In this document: piece after piece, positions 27,040 through 41,394 of the stretch
Position numbering within the stretch: position 1 is the first letter of the stretch
How the letters are laid out: the number at the start of each line of letters is the position of its first letter
Source: Eledone cirrhosa
Taxonomy: Eukaryota
Assembly: GCA_964016885.1 (NCBI GenBank)
Contig: OZ024748.1
Location: forward strand, 620,001 to 684,000
DNA length: 64,000 nucleotides
Reading direction: 5' to 3'
The notes under the pieces: generated by a model
What the model saw: the letters and a program-made list of their open reading frames with translations, nothing else
The model's database searches: none
What the model was told of the DNA's origin: nothing
Translations under genes and position numbers: made by a program

Positions 27040-27175
27040 CAACTGGTACTTTTTTATTGACTTCGAAAGGAAAGGCAAAGTTTACCTCGGTGGGATTTGA
27101 ACTCAGAGAGCAGAGAGACAATGAATACCTTAAACCATTCTTATCTGACTTAACGACTCTTCCAATTTGCCACCT
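27040..27175 (-). mobile_element. Degenerate SINE family A
   Basis: GAAAGGCAAAGTTTACCTCGGTGGGATTTGAACTCAG. Confidence 0.6.
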
Positions 27176-28736
27176 TGGTTAGTCTTATAGGCCTCAATGA
27201 CAGGTTTTATACTCATCACAGAATCGTTTTTGAGGCAATGTTTTACAGCTGGGTGCCCTTCCTGGTACCAACCATTTCAGTAATGCAGGGATATGGCTTA
27301 CCTATACCTATCCTAAACTGGACACACATGGTATCTTCTTTATCTAAAGCAAAAAGATAGAATTATAAATGAAATACTGACCAATCAATATAATAAGGTG
27401 ACCCCTGTCAGTTCCTTTCAGCTCAGGACTTGAGAGAAACCAAAGAGACACACAAGATAGCAGAAATATAGAACCATATATAAAACAAAAGACATCTGAT
27501 GGAAGTAAATATTTTGACATTTTTTAATAATTTCTTCTTCCTTCATTTGAGAACTGACATAACAAGATTCTTTCAGTCAGTTTAGAAAAAAAAAGCTGAA
27601 ATCATTTATGCAGATTGCACCCCATGCCTCTCTTGACGAACCACAGACTCCACCACCATCATCACAACCAGCACCACCACACCACCAGCACCACACCACC
27701 ACCCTCATGACCACCACCACCACCACCACCACAACCACAACTACAACAACCATCACCAACACTACCAACACCACCACCATCACCACCCCCATCGCTACCA
27801 CCACCACCACCACCATCACCAACACTACCACCGCCACCACACCACCACCACTACCAAAACCACCCCCATCACCACCACCACCACCTCCATCCATATTCAT
27901 GAATAAGTCATTTTGGTCCCTTATGAATGAATTCCTTTCAGAAATACAGAAAAGACACTCACACATATATACACACACATACACTCACATACACATACTT
28001 ACAAACACACACATACGTACACTCATACACAACACACACTCCCATACACATACACACAAAAAAAATGAAATTCTTTGAAACTTTTTTTTTTAATGTTTTG
28101 TCAGTTCAGTGCCTTTGGTGAGGGTTAGAGAGGGGTGTGTGGCAACAACAGCGATATCAACAACAACAACAATACACCTGTAAGAATGGCAAGACTCTGG
28201 TTTGTGCTTTCGTGATTTCATATTTGATGATAGTCTTCAGATGTAGCGAATGTTTTATTCAAAAACTTGGACATAGACAGCTTGCCGTGTGTGTATGTAT
28301 GTGTGTGTGTGTGTGTGTGATATATATTTACATAATAATGATATTATATAATATTATAGTCGCTTCTATCTGGTTTCATATATATAACCCATGCTAACAT
28401 GGAAGATGGACGTTAAACGATGATGTTGATAATATAAATATATATATATATATATAATATAGAAATTATATATATATATATAGAATTAGCCATCGAAACG
28501 GCTTGAGCTCTGCCGTCGGGGTCATACTTGTTCCTATTACCCACTCTACTACCCTAAGTATTGAGTATTTTGGTGCGTTATGGTCCATCTGGTTCCTTAC
28601 CACATTTCTTTTGTTATATATATATATATATATATATCATCATCATCATCATCATCATCATCGTTTAACGTCCGTGTTCCACGCTTGCATGGGTTTGGAC
28701 GGGGGTTTTGACACATATATATATTATATACACACG

Positions 28737-28790
<54 letters not shown>

Positions 28791-29310
28791 AATATACTTA
28801 TATATATATATGTATATATATAAGTATATGTATATATATAAGTATATGTATATGTATGTATGTTATAAATACATATATATGTTATATATGTATATGTTTG
28901 TTATACAAATATATATTTATATATATATAAACATATATATATAAACATATCAGCAGATTATTATAGAAATTATGTAATAAAATGGCTGCCAAAGCCAAAC
29001 CCTACGTTCTTCTGTGGTTGGTCTGGGTCTGGTGAGTGAGACAGAATGTAGCTTAATGGATTACTTTGACAGGAATTCATAGATTACCATGGCTTGTAGT
29101 AGATTTATTTACCTTCAGGTTAACGCCATTGATGATCAAAGTTATGTATATCTGTGCCATACCTTGGTACCATGTTGACTGAGTTCCATGTTGACAGACC
29201 TCTCATATAAAGGGTCTCTTTGTGTGATCAGCTTTTATTGCATTTAATTGTGTTCAATATTATTATTGGATTTATGTTCATGTTAAGGCAATTGACTGTC
29301 ATTCTTATGC

Positions 29311-29366
<56 letters not shown>

Positions 29367-29388
29367 AATATATATATATGTGTGCGTA

Positions 29389-29440
<52 letters not shown>

Positions 29441-29741
29441 TATATATATATATGTGTGTGTATATATATATGTGTGTATATATATGTGTGTGTATATATA
29501 TATAAATAAGATTGTTGTTTATCTTAGTTGTTACGTAGTAACTTCCTGATGATAAGCAGGTCCTAGCAATCCAAAACACTACACATCAGTAGTTTATCCT
29601 AGGAAGGTGATAGTGACGGAGTGTTCATTTATCAAATGCCAGGGAATATTGCCACCACATGTATGTTCTGTTCAATATATGATATATGATATCTCCTGAT
29701 AGTACCTAACCTGTTTCACCCTTTCATTACCAGATTTACAA

Positions 29742-29975
29742 TTAATCCTTTAGCATTTACATTACTCTCTCTATATATATACTATTATATTCTCATGGCA
29801 AAGGTTTTACCTCATATAATTATCTCACATAATATTGAATCTACGAGATTTTGATATTATTTATTTTGAGAACAATACCTTAACACCCGTATGAGTGGCC
29901 GGTTACAGTCGATTTCAATGAAAAATGTGAGAGAATTCTGGCCGGATATGGCCAATTTAAATGCTAAAGGGTTAA
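29742..29975. mobile_element. piggyBac-type MITE
   Basis: TTAA-TCCTTTAGCATTTA ... TAAATGCTAAAGGG-TTAA; reverse-orientation homolog of 3381-3609. Confidence 0.8.
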
Positions 29976-30077
29976 AGACATTTCCTATAATTTTCAAATA
30001 TTTTAATAATTAAGAATTTGTAAAATATAGTTAACTTTCTCATTATTAAGCTGTTGTTTGGAACATAACTTAACATT

Positions 30078-30081
<4 letters not shown>

Positions 30082-30110
<29 letters not shown>

Positions 30111-30400
30111 CCACCATTTTATGTCCATTCTTCCACGCTAGCATGGGTTAGACGGGTTGTCCTGTTGTGGGCAATGCCAGGTTGGGTGACCTTGTCTTGC
30201 CCATACAGGAGTTGATTTGGGCTTGGTTTCTACAGCTGGATGCCCTTCCTAACACCAACCTCATTTATAGTGAGTGCTGGGTGCTTTTTTACCGTGGCAC
30301 CTCCACGTCCACATTACAGTGTGTACTGGGTGCTTTTTTACCGTGGCACCTCAACTGTCTCTATGCTTCAGCTTCGGCTTGTACCCGTAGAAAGTCGAGT
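30082..30400 (-). mobile_element. RTE-related 3' UTR or SINE tail fragment
   Basis: GTTAGGAAGGGCATCCAGCTGTAGAAA and CCCATGCTAGCGTGGAAG..(ATG)n; sister copy at 38205-38578 (+). Confidence 0.65.
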
Positions 30401-30840
30401 CTTCTGTACATAAAATTCTGATGAAAGATTTTCAAATAAATAAAAGACACTTTAAAACAAATACTTTTGTATCATAGAAAATATTGTGGCCTAATAGTTA
30501 GGATGTTGAAATCATCATCATAAGGTCATAAATTCAGTTCTTCGACCTGACAAGGGTGTTGTGTTATTAAGCAAGATGCAACCCTGTAGGAGGTCATCTA
30601 AACCTGTATAGGTGTGAACTGTAATATCACCTAGGATTGGCAAGATATTCTCAGCAGGCAAACTTCCTCATTCCCTTCTCACTTTCTTAATCTTGTATTT
30701 CATAAATGTACGTTTATTTTACAGATGTAAATTATATTAAAGAGTGTTTTTTTTTTCCATTGTGTATCCAGTTCTATTATACCTATTGTATGTATACTCA
30801 AATATATCACTTGTATTTGGTACTCAGAAATGAGCATCTT

Positions 30841-30918
<78 letters not shown>

Positions 30919-30949
30919 AATATGTGTATATATATATATATATATATAT

Positions 30950-31903
30950 CTCATCATCATTATCATCTTTGTTTAACATCCATCTTCCACGCTAGCATGG
31001 GTTAGACATGAGTTGTCCCACTTGAGGCAAGGTTGGTCGGGTGGCCGTGTCTCGCTCATATAGGACTATCTGGCAGGTTTTCTATGGCTGGATGCCCTTC
31101 CTAACACCAACCACATTTACAGTGTGGAACTGGGAACTTTTTACCGTGTTACCTACACATTACAGCATGGACTGTGTTTTTTTTTGCCGTGACACCTACA
31201 CGATCTCGATCTCATTATCTCATTTATTTGGACTGGATGTTGTGGTATCAATTTTACAGAGACAGGGTGGTGTTGGTGGGAGTAGGAGGATAGGGTAGGG
31301 ATAGTGGATTGGAGTGTATATTTGGTTAAGAGATACCTACTGACTGTAGGTTTCGCTTTCTACATAGGCAAGGCGGGTCTTCTGTATTACTGTGTAGCGC
31401 CAAAGATCTCGGTCCAGTGACATTGTCTTAGAGAGGTGCAAGTGTGTAAGGTCGGAATTTATCAGATCGTCCCAGGTTTTTCTGAGTCTACCTACTCTGT
31501 AACTACCATCAATTTTGATCGCCCTGCACTTTTTTATACGGCTGTCGTCTTTCATGCGCATCACGTCGCCATACCAATGTAGTCTTCTCTCAAGTAAAGA
31601 GCATCTGATCCCTCTTATTCCTAATTTCTCACTTAGTTCATTTATGCTTTGCTGTTCATGTATATTACTATTACACATCCAACGGAGCATGCATGCTTCG
31701 TTTTTTTCCAGTCTGCGCAGGTCCTCTGCACGTAATGCCCATGTCTCACTGCCATGTAGCATTGCTGTTCGTATACAGACATCATACAATCTGCCTTTCA
31801 TTTTTAGAGAGAAACCTTTTATGGCCAACAGCGGTATAAGCTCTCGGAACTTTTTCCATCCCGTTCTGACTCTGGCTACTGTACTTTCAGAACACCCTGC
31901 ACC
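30950..31903 (-). mobile_element. RTE LINE 3' fragment
   Basis: ORF 31337-31828 MLHGSETWAL..RLHWYGDVMRM; family 3'UTR. Confidence 0.9.
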
Positions 31904-32907
31904 ACATATATATATGTGTGTATATATATATGTATATATATATTTATTTGTCCGTTTTCTTCTCTTTGCAAAATTTGAATTTTAGCCATGTTATATTGAG
32001 ATGTAAGTAAATAAAAAATGTAAAATATAAATAAGGATTGCTCTGGTAAAATATACTAAAATATTTGTGTAACTTCCACAAACTTCTGTCGTGATATTCC
32101 CGAGTCCAGTGACCAAAAAATTGTTGTATTTTGATGTTTCAGAATACAAAAATTAATTAAAAACTTACCCCACGAAAAGACAGCATGTGTTGTCCTATCT
32201 ATAAGCTCCCTCATACAGACTCTGTGCAAGACATTTTAGATCATTGGCTGGGCTAAAAAGCCACATTCGATCACAGCGCTGTTAGTTGCTATCGTGTGTG
32301 TGTGTATAGGTATGTTTATGTGTGTGCGTGTGTGTGTATATATATATATGTATATGTATATTATTATTGTTGTTGTTGTCATTATTATTATTGTTGTTAT
32401 TATTATTATTATTATTGTTATTAATGTATATGTGTGTGTGTATATATATATGTGTGTATATATGTATATGTATGTATGTATATATATATATATATATTTC
32501 TTTTTTTTTGTTTTATTTTATTTTATTTTTTATTTATTTATTAATATATATATATATATATATATTTTTTTTTTCTCCTCGTGCAATGGCCATACTCGAT
32601 AACGAGGGGGCAGCCATCATATATATATTTACACATATAAAGTGTGAAACAAATAAGACTTTTTGTATCTCTGTTTTGCCGTTTCCTTGAAATATATATA
32701 TATATAAATATACATAATATATGTATATATATATAATGGTAGAACACTGGAAGGTAATATCCACAGTGGTAGAGCACTCAACATGTCCATTACGGGCTGA
32801 GGATCCGCTAAGGTGAATCAATTGTTCTCAGTATGGTGAACTAACTGTTGTGTAACCACTTCTATATAAATATATATATATATATATATTTATATAGAAG
32901 TTGTTAC

Positions 32908-33320
32908 ACTAAGGGAAAAATTAGAAATAAGAGGGATCAGATGTGCATAAACGAACTAAGGGAAAAATTAGAAATAAGAGGGATCAGATGTGCATGATCG
33001 AACTAAGGGAAACATTAGAAATAAGAGGGATCATATGTTGTTTACTTGAGAGAAGACTACGTTGGTACGGTCACGTGATGCGCATGAAAGACGACAACTG
33101 TATAAAAAAGTGCAGGGCAATAAAAATAGATGGTAGCCACAGAGTAGGCAGACCCAGAAAAACCTGGGACGACTTGATAAATTCCGACCTCACACACTTA
33201 CACCTCCAGACAGTCCTATGCGAGCAAGACAACCACTCTTGCCTCAAGTGGGAAAACTCCCGTCCAAACCCATGCAAGCGTGGAAGATGCACGTTAAACG
33301 ATGATGATGATGATGATGAT
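32908..33320 (+). mobile_element. RTE LINE 3' fragment with triplicated 5' end and internal deletion
   Basis: ACTAAGGGAAAAATTAGAAATAAGAGGGATCA three times; ORF end fused at ~33207 to the distal 3'UTR. Confidence 0.85.
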
Positions 33321-33327
33321 ATATCAT

Positions 33328-33363
<36 letters not shown>

Positions 33364-33609
33364 AAAGGCTCCGATGAGGAAATCTCTGAAAAATAACCGA
33401 AAGCAGCCCTTCGCGGCAGTTGTGACGGAGTATTTATCGATTATTTCTACAGCGTGTATAAATCGACCAGATATGCAGTCAACTAAACAGAATTAGGCAT
33501 AAAATAAACTAGGAGAAAAGTGAACATATTTAGTTACCTCTACATGGTTTCGTCCGATATCTTAAAATGCGGACGAAACCAAAATTATTTATAAAACTGT
33601 TTATATATT

Positions 33610-33677
33610 ATATTTTGTCTGATGAAGGCATACCATATTTTAATTTGGTATCCCTGAAATATGTATAATGAAATAAA
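33610..33677 (+). ncRNA. Type I hammerhead ribozyme in a pLTR remnant (~33585-33802)
   Basis: tattttgt-CTGATGA-aggcatacca..tggtatccct-GAAA-tatgta-TA-atgaaata; relatives at 38631-38698 (-) and 57970-58030 (-, core mutated). Confidence 0.75.
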
Positions 33678-33863
33678 TATGGTTTTATAAATATAGTTTC
33701 CATTTATTAATATCGTATATCTACTCCAAAAACTTGTCGAGTGCTTTATATCAGTTATAAAATATTTACTTGTATCCTAACAATTTTAAATAGAACTTTT
33801 GCATATATATATATATATATTTATATAGAAGTGGTTACACAACAGTTAGTTCACCATACCGAG

Positions 33864-33923
<60 letters not shown>

Positions 33924-34027
33924 GTGTGTGTGTGTGTGAATATATATGTATGTATCACCTTTCTGTGTGCATAACTAAATGTACATACTGGTTCCAACTA
34001 TTTGAGAGAGAGTGAGAGAGAGAGAGG

Positions 34028-34064
<37 letters not shown>

Positions 34065-34606
34065 GGAGTTACCAGTTTACATTAGTAAGACCATTGTTCA
34101 GCTTAGTACTTGATACTTAAGAAAGAAGAGTTTAGGTATCGTATTTGGGTAGCAAGTCATTATAAGATATGGACGTTAAATGATGATGGTGATGGTTGTG
34201 GTGGTAGTGGTGGTGGTGGTGTTAGTGGCGGTGGTGGGGATAGTGTTATTGTTGGGGTTGGTAGTAGTGTTGGTGGTGTTAGTGGTGGTGGTGGTGGTGG
34301 TGGTGGTGATGATGATGGTTGGGGGGGGTAGTAGGGGGGGTGATGGTGGTGATGATGGTGGTGGTGGTGGTAGTGGTGTGTGTGGGTGTGGGGGGGGGGG
34401 GGGGGTCGTGTTGGTGGTGATGATGGTGATGATCCCAGTACTACCTGCTGTAAAGTGGTTGGTATTAGAGAGAGCATCCTGCTGTAGAAACTTAGCCAAA
34501 ATGAAATGTATGAGAGAAATGTGGTCATGTGACCCGCCTAATCTAGTGTTACGTTGTCTGACCCCAGCCAGAATAGAAAAAAAAGATGTAAAATGGTACT
34601 GATAAT

Positions 34607-34718
<112 letters not shown>

Positions 34719-35284
34719 CATATATATGTATAGTTATCTATCTATTTATAACTATATGTATATATATATATTTATACATATATACATGCATCTATCTATC
34801 TATCTATCTATATCTCTCTCTCTATATATATATAGATATATATACATGTGTCTGTGTATGAATGCATGTAAGTGTGTGTGCATGTAAGTGAGAGAGGGTG
34901 AAAATGAGAGAGAGTAAGTGAATATCTTGACAGCCGTTATTTGACACTAGTGGAGCATTTAATCAGTTATCTGACGTTTCAATTTCGGATTTCCTTTTTC
35001 CTGTCGATTCTTCATTCCCAGACACAAGTAATAGATCGGTGCCATTCCCACCAACTATTAAATTAAATGGAAAAATGTAAAAGAAAAATTCCCCCCACTC
35101 CGCCATATATATATATATGCATATATATGTATATATGTATATATATTTATGTATGTATGTGTATATATATATATATATATATAATATATATCATACATAT
35201 ATATAATATATATATTATATAGATATATACATATTTATATATATATATATATACATGCACATGCACATATATATATATATATAT

Positions 35285-35354
<70 letters not shown>

Positions 35355-35414
35355 CAAGGCTCTGATACCTTCAACACCATAAACACAGAGCTGGCATATC
35401 TAAGAACTGACTAA

Positions 35415-35468
35415 CTGCCTGATGAGGTCATAGCCATTCAATGGCTATCATCGAAATATATATAGCAG
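35415..35468 (+). ncRNA. Type I hammerhead ribozyme
   Basis: ctgc-CTGATGA-ggtcatagccattcaatggctatcatc-GAAA-tatata-TA-gcag. Confidence 0.85.
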
Positions 35469-35518
35469 CAAATAAAGGATTATGAGTTCATGCAATTGAC
35501 TTATGTTTCGTCACTATA

Positions 35519-37250
35519 TCATCATCATCATCATCGTTTAACGTCCATCTTCCACGCTAGCATGGGTGTGGATGGTAATTTTCCCACTTGAGGCAAGATT
35601 GGTTGTCTTGCTCGTATAGGACTGTCTGGCAAGTTTTCTATGGCTGGATGTCCTTCCTAACACCAACCACGTTTACAGTGTGGACTGGGAGGTTTTTACC
35701 GTGTTACCTACACGGCCACATTACAGCGTGGACTGTGTGTTTTTTTTTGTCGTGACACCTATACGACCTCATTTATTTAGGACTGGATGTTGTGGTACCA
35801 ACATAACTTTACATCAAAAGGGGGTGGTGTGGATGTGGTGGAGCTAGTGGGATGGGGTGTATTTTGGTAAGAGGTGCCTACTGACTATAGGTTTCGCTTT
35901 GCACTTAGGCAAGGCGGGTCTTCTGTATTACTACGTAGCACCAAAGATCTTGGTCCAGTGACATTGTCTTGGAGAGGTGTAAGTGTGTGAAGTCGGAATT
36001 TGTCAAGTTGTCCCAGGTTTTTTGGGGTCTGCCTACTCCGTGGCTACCGTCTATTTTGATCGCCCTGCACTTTTTTATACAGCTGTCGTCTTTCATGCGC
36101 ATCACATGACCATACCAACGTAGTCTTCTCTCGAGTAAACAGCATCTGATCCCTCCTATTCCTGATTTCTCACATAGTTCATGTATGCTTTGCCGTTCAG
36201 GTATATTACTATTACACATCCAATGGAGCATGCAAGCTTCGTTCCTCTCCAGTCTGCGTATATCCTCTGCACACAATGCCCAGGACTCACTGCCATGTAA
36301 CATTGATGTTCATATGCAGGCATCATACAGCCTGCCTTTCATTTTTAGAGAGAAATCTTTAGCGGCCAATAGTGGTATAAGCTTTCTGAACTTTTTCCAT
36401 CCCGTTCTGACTCTAGCTACTGCACTTTCAGAGCACCCTCCACCACTGCTGATTTTGTCACCCAGGTAACGGAAGGTGTCCACTATTTCTATAGAACCAT
36501 CTGTGCAATGGAATGGGCTAGTATTCCGTGGGCACTTGCTGCTACTTATTGCACCTGAGCACCGGCCACATATAAAATATATATTCTTAGTTAGCTTACC
36601 TGTGATCCCACTACATCTTTTATACACTCATACTTTGCATTTGGGACATAAAACAGAGTTTCTGCCTACTCCTTTCCTACACACTGAGCATGGCCATTTC
36701 CCAGATGGGACCAGTGCCCTATTTTCCTTCCTACATACTAGCACTTTAGTCTTAGACAGAGTAATTTTAAGGCCTTTTGATTCTAGGCCATGCTTCCATG
36801 TTTGGAATTTCTTCTCTAGTTCAGCCATTGATTCAGCTATAAGTGTTAGATCATCAGCGTATAGGAGTTCCCATGGGCAGCCGGTCTTGAACTCCTCTGT
36901 TATAGCCTGAAGAGCAATAATAAATAGGAGGGGGCTAAGGATGGAGCCTTGATGAACACCAACTTTTACGCTAAACTCTTCACTATATTCGTTGTTAATT
37001 CTAACCTTGCTGACTGTTTCTTTATACATGGCTTGTATAGCTCTCACAAGCCATTCATCTACACCTAGTTTTCTAACAGCCCACCAGATAATGGGACGTG
37101 GGACTCTGTCAAAGGCTTTCTCCAAGTCAACAAAAGCTAAGTATAGGGGTTTACTTTTAGCTAGTACTTCTGTAGTTGTCGTACAATGAAAAGAACGTCT
37201 GTGGTACTTTTACCTGGCACAAACCCAAAATGCATTTCATCCAGATCAAT

Positions 37251-37255
<5 letters not shown>
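35519..37255 (-). mobile_element. RTE LINE, 5'-truncated ~1.7 kb (RT, Cys-rich insert, C-terminus, 3'UTR)
   Basis: DLEKAFDRVPR, GVHQGSILSPLLF, ELLYADDL, CSVC..C..C..KRC..CGRC, FRYLGD, RLRWYGHV; contains stops. Confidence 0.93.
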
Positions 37256-37328
<73 letters not shown>

Positions 37329-37333
<5 letters not shown>

Positions 37334-37660
37334 CATGTCTTAGTGATTAGAGCATTGGCCTTGCAATTGAAAGGTTGTGAGTTCAATTCTCAGACCGGGT
37401 GATGTATTGGTTCCTTGAGCAAGACACTTTATTTCACATTGCTCCAGTTTACTCAGCCGTAGAAATGAGATGATAGGGACTGGGGTCCTTATCATTCCAC
37501 TGCAAAGTGGTCGTGGAGGTGCTACGGCAAAAAAAGCACCCAGCACTCACTGTAAATGAGGTTGGCGTTAGGAAGGGCATCCAGCTGTGGAAATCAAGCC
37601 AGAATCAGTTCCCGTCCCACCCTTGCAAGCAGGGAAAAGCGGACGTAAAATGATGATGAT
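37329..37660 (+). mobile_element. Full-length tRNA/CORE-like SINE with RTE-derived 3' tail
   Basis: tRNA head (TTAGTGATTAGAGC, GAGTTCAATTC), CCTTGAGCAAGACACTTTA, tail GTTAGGAAGGGCATCCAGC..GGACGTAAAATGATGAT shared with RTE; copy at 59268-59600 (-). Confidence 0.85.
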
Positions 37661-37839
37661 ATGTATATATATATATGTGTGCATGTGTATGTTTGTGTGT
37701 ATATATATATATATCATCATTTGTATATATATATCATCATAAAGTGTCTTGCTCAAGGAAACAAACATCACCCAGTCTGAGAATTGTACTCACAACCTTT
37801 CGATTGCAAGGCCAATGCTCAAACCACTAAGCCATGAGC

Positions 37840-37904
<65 letters not shown>

Positions 37905-37909
<5 letters not shown>

Positions 37910-38205
37910 TTCAAGAGTAACCAATCTTAAAGCGAGAGATGGAGATAGTAGAGGAGATATGAGAGGAGAGATTGGTGAGTTAGTTAGAAGCCAAAGCGTA
38001 AAGGCATGTGCTCAATGTGCAATATGCAGTAGAAAGCAGCTAGGTGGCTGGGTTCATGCAGAAGTTAGGTGCACAGAGCTGGAAATATTCATTAGTTAAG
38101 CAAAACAAGACCACAAATTTCACAAGGAAGACATTATTAAAAGATTGTCAACATATTTTAGTTTGATGTAAGGAATGTAGAGAATAATAATAATATTAAT
38201 AATAA
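37905..38205 (-). mobile_element. PLE pLTR end plus tail
   Basis: Homologous to 17423-17897; bulged hairpin at 38010-38079. Confidence 0.65.
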
Positions 38206-38630
38206 CACACGACCGTGACCTCTGGCGTCACGCAGTAATACAGAGTACCCGACCTCCCATGGGTACAAGCTGAAGCATATAGACAATATGCCCCCACATC
38301 CCCCACCGAAAGGTGGTCGTGGAGGTGCCACGGCAAAAAGGCACCCAGCCCACACTGTAAAGTGGACGTGTAGGCGCCACGAAAAAGCACCCAGCACGCA
38401 CTGTAAATGAGGTTGGTGTTAGGAAGGGCATCCAGTTGTAGAAATCAAGCCAAATCAGTTCCTGTATGAGCAAGGCATGGTCAGCCGACCAGACACTGCC
38501 TACAACAGGACAACCCGTCTAACCCATGCTAGTGTGGAAGAACGGACGTAAAACGGTGATGATGATGATGATGATGATACACACACACACGATATATTAA
38601 CAAATGGAAACTATATTTATAAAACCATAT

Positions 38631-38698
38631 TTATTTCATTATACATATTTCAAGGACACCAAGTCAAATTATGGTGCGCTTTCATCAGATAAAATATA
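38631..38698 (-). ncRNA. Type I hammerhead ribozyme
   Basis: tattttat-CTGATGA-aagcgcacca..tggtgtcctt-GAAA-tatgta-TA-atgaaata. Confidence 0.75.
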
Positions 38699-38796
38699 AT
38701 ATAGATCAGTTTTATAAATAAATATTGACATACCCTTAAAGAATGCTACCATTTCTGTTGGAAGCTCCCGGATAGTCATATATATATATATATATA

Positions 38797-40102
38797 TCAT
38801 CATCATCATCATCATCGTTTAACGTCCGTGTTCCATGCTTGCATGGGTTTGGACGGAGGGTTTTCCCACTTGAGGCAAGAGTGGTTATCTTGCTCGCATA
38901 GGACTATCTGGCGGGTTTTCTACAGCTGGATGCCCTTCCTAACACCAACCACATTTACAGTGTGGGGCTGGGAGGTTTTTACCGTGTTGCCTACACAGCC
39001 ACATTACAGCGTGAACTGTGTGTTTTTTTGACGTGACACCTACACGATCTCATTTGTTTCGGCCTGGATGTTGTGGCACCAACATAACTTTACATTGAAA
39101 GGGGCGGTGTGATGGGGTGGGGGTGGTGGGACGGGGGGTGTATTTTGTTAGAGATGCCTACTGACTGTAGTAGGTTTTACTTTGTATTTAGGTAAGGCGA
39201 GTCTTCTCTATTACTGAGTACCGCCAAAGGTCTCGGTCCAGTGACATTGTCTTGGTGAGGTGTAAGTGTGTGAGGTCGGAATTTATCAGCTCGTCCCAGG
39301 TTTTTCTGGGTCTGCCTATTCCGTGGCTACCGTCTATCTTTATTGCCCTGCACTTTGTTATACAGCTATCGTCCTTCATGCGCATCACGTGACCATACCA
39401 ACGTAGCCTTCTCTCGAGTAAACAACATCTGATCCCTCTTATTTCTAATTTTTTCCTTAGTTCGTTTATGCTTTGCCGTTCACGTATATTACTATTACAC
39501 ATCCAGCGGAGCATGCAAGCTTCGTTCCTCTCCAGTCTGCGTATATCCTCTGCACACAATGCCCAGGTCTCACTGCCATGCAACATTGCTGTTCGTATGC
39601 AGGCATTGTACAACCTGCCTTTCATTTTTAGGGAGAACCCTTTAGCGGCTAATAGTGGTATGAGCTCTCTGAACTTTTTCCACCCAGTTCTGACTCTAGC
39701 TACTGTACTTTCAGAGCACCCTCCCCCACTGCTGATTTTGTCACCCAGGTAACGGAAGGTGTCCACTATTTCTATAGAACCCTCTGCGCAGTTGAAAGAG
39801 CTAGTATTTTTTGGGCACTTGCTGCTACTTATTGCCCCAGAACACCGGCCACATGTAAAATCTATGTTCTTAGTTAGCTTACCTGTGATCCCACTACATC
39901 TTTTATGCACCCAAACTTTGCATTTGGGACACAAAATGGAGTTTCTACCTACGCCTTTCCTACACTCTGAGCATGGCCACTTCCCGGAGGGGACCGCCGC
40001 CTTATTTTCTTTCTTACAAACTAGAACTTTAGTCTTAGCCAGGTTAATTTTAAGGCCTTTTGATTCTAGGCCGTGCTTCCATGTTTGGAATTTCTTCTCT
40101 AG

Positions 40103-40104
<2 letters not shown>
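38797..40104 (-). mobile_element. RTE LINE 3' ~1.3 kb, open ORF (relatively young)
   Basis: Uninterrupted 248-aa ORF 39188-39934 with CPKC..HKRC..CGRC, FRYLGD, HGSETW, RLRWYGHV; family 3'UTR; in (TA)n. Confidence 0.93.
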
Positions 40105-40158
<54 letters not shown>

Positions 40159-40193
40159 ATAATGAAATATTGTGTACAGTGCTCAGGTGCACT

Positions 40194-40242
<49 letters not shown>

Positions 40243-40274
40243 TCATACATATATATTATATATATAATATATAT

Positions 40275-40314
<40 letters not shown>

Positions 40315-40369
40315 TGTGCATGTGTATGTATATATACTTATATATATATACATATATATACATATATAC

Positions 40370-40401
<32 letters not shown>

Positions 40402-41017
40402 GTATGTATATATATATGTGTGCATGTGTGTATATATATATATACACTTATATAAATATAAAAAAACAAAAAAACATGAAAGATTTCGAAATGAGAAAAC
40501 CAACGCAGTAAACCCTCGCTTCATTTACTGTTAAAAGATTGAAGAAGATGTGTTGCAACCATTTCATTTTTTATATTTTTCTTTGTTTATTTTATCTTGC
40601 TAGTTATTCAGTTCCACATTTGATTCTCCACATGAAAATTATAAAAGACTTCGTGTTAATATGATATCCAGAATTTATTACAAGAGATAATTAAATGAAT
40701 ATTAATGCAGCTGCTTCATGTATGGCTAAAAGGCTGTTGCATAGGATATCGGTTATCGCTTATCATATATCATATATCGTATATCATATATTGTATATCT
40801 CACGTTTTAAAGTGAGTGTATCATGTGTCGGTCGTATCATGGAGATGTGGATATATATATATATATATATATAAATATATATATACACACACACACACAT
40901 GTGTATATATATGCATACATATATACGTAAAATGATGATATATATACACATATATATAACTACATATATGCACATATATACATACATACAATTATATATA
41001 TATATATATACACACAC

Positions 41018-41394
41018 CAGTGGCGAAGGGTAACCTGGAAAGCAGGGCATACAGTCCAATCACCATGGCGGAAAGTAGGGCTGTGCAGCCTTACGCCCCC
41101 CCCCCCTTCCAATTCCCTCTAAATGACCCTCCCGGTCAAAGCCGCATGTAGTGTTATCTAGTGTGGGTGTGTGTTATCTTTTTATGTGTCTATGATTTAG
41201 TAAGCAGCCAAAATTCTGCTTGCTTCAACTTACGCTGTCGTGTGTTTGTGTGTATGTGTGTATGTTATCTTTTTATGTGTCTACGATTTAGCAAGCAGCC
41301 AACATTCTGCTTGCTTCAACAGACGCAATTGATCAACTCAAGATTTTATAATGCATGTAGTGCATACGTTGCATGCACGCACCCTTCGCCCTTG
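41018..41394. mobile_element. hAT-type MITE
   Basis: Imperfect TIRs CAGTGGCGAAGGGT / ACCCTTCGCCCTTG; 8-bp TSD-like ACACACAC / ATACACAC; internal ~60-bp duplication. Confidence 0.65.

Noticed and set aside
33366-33430. CCGATGA..GAAA hammerhead candidate
   Set aside because: Helices I and III could not be paired convincingly.
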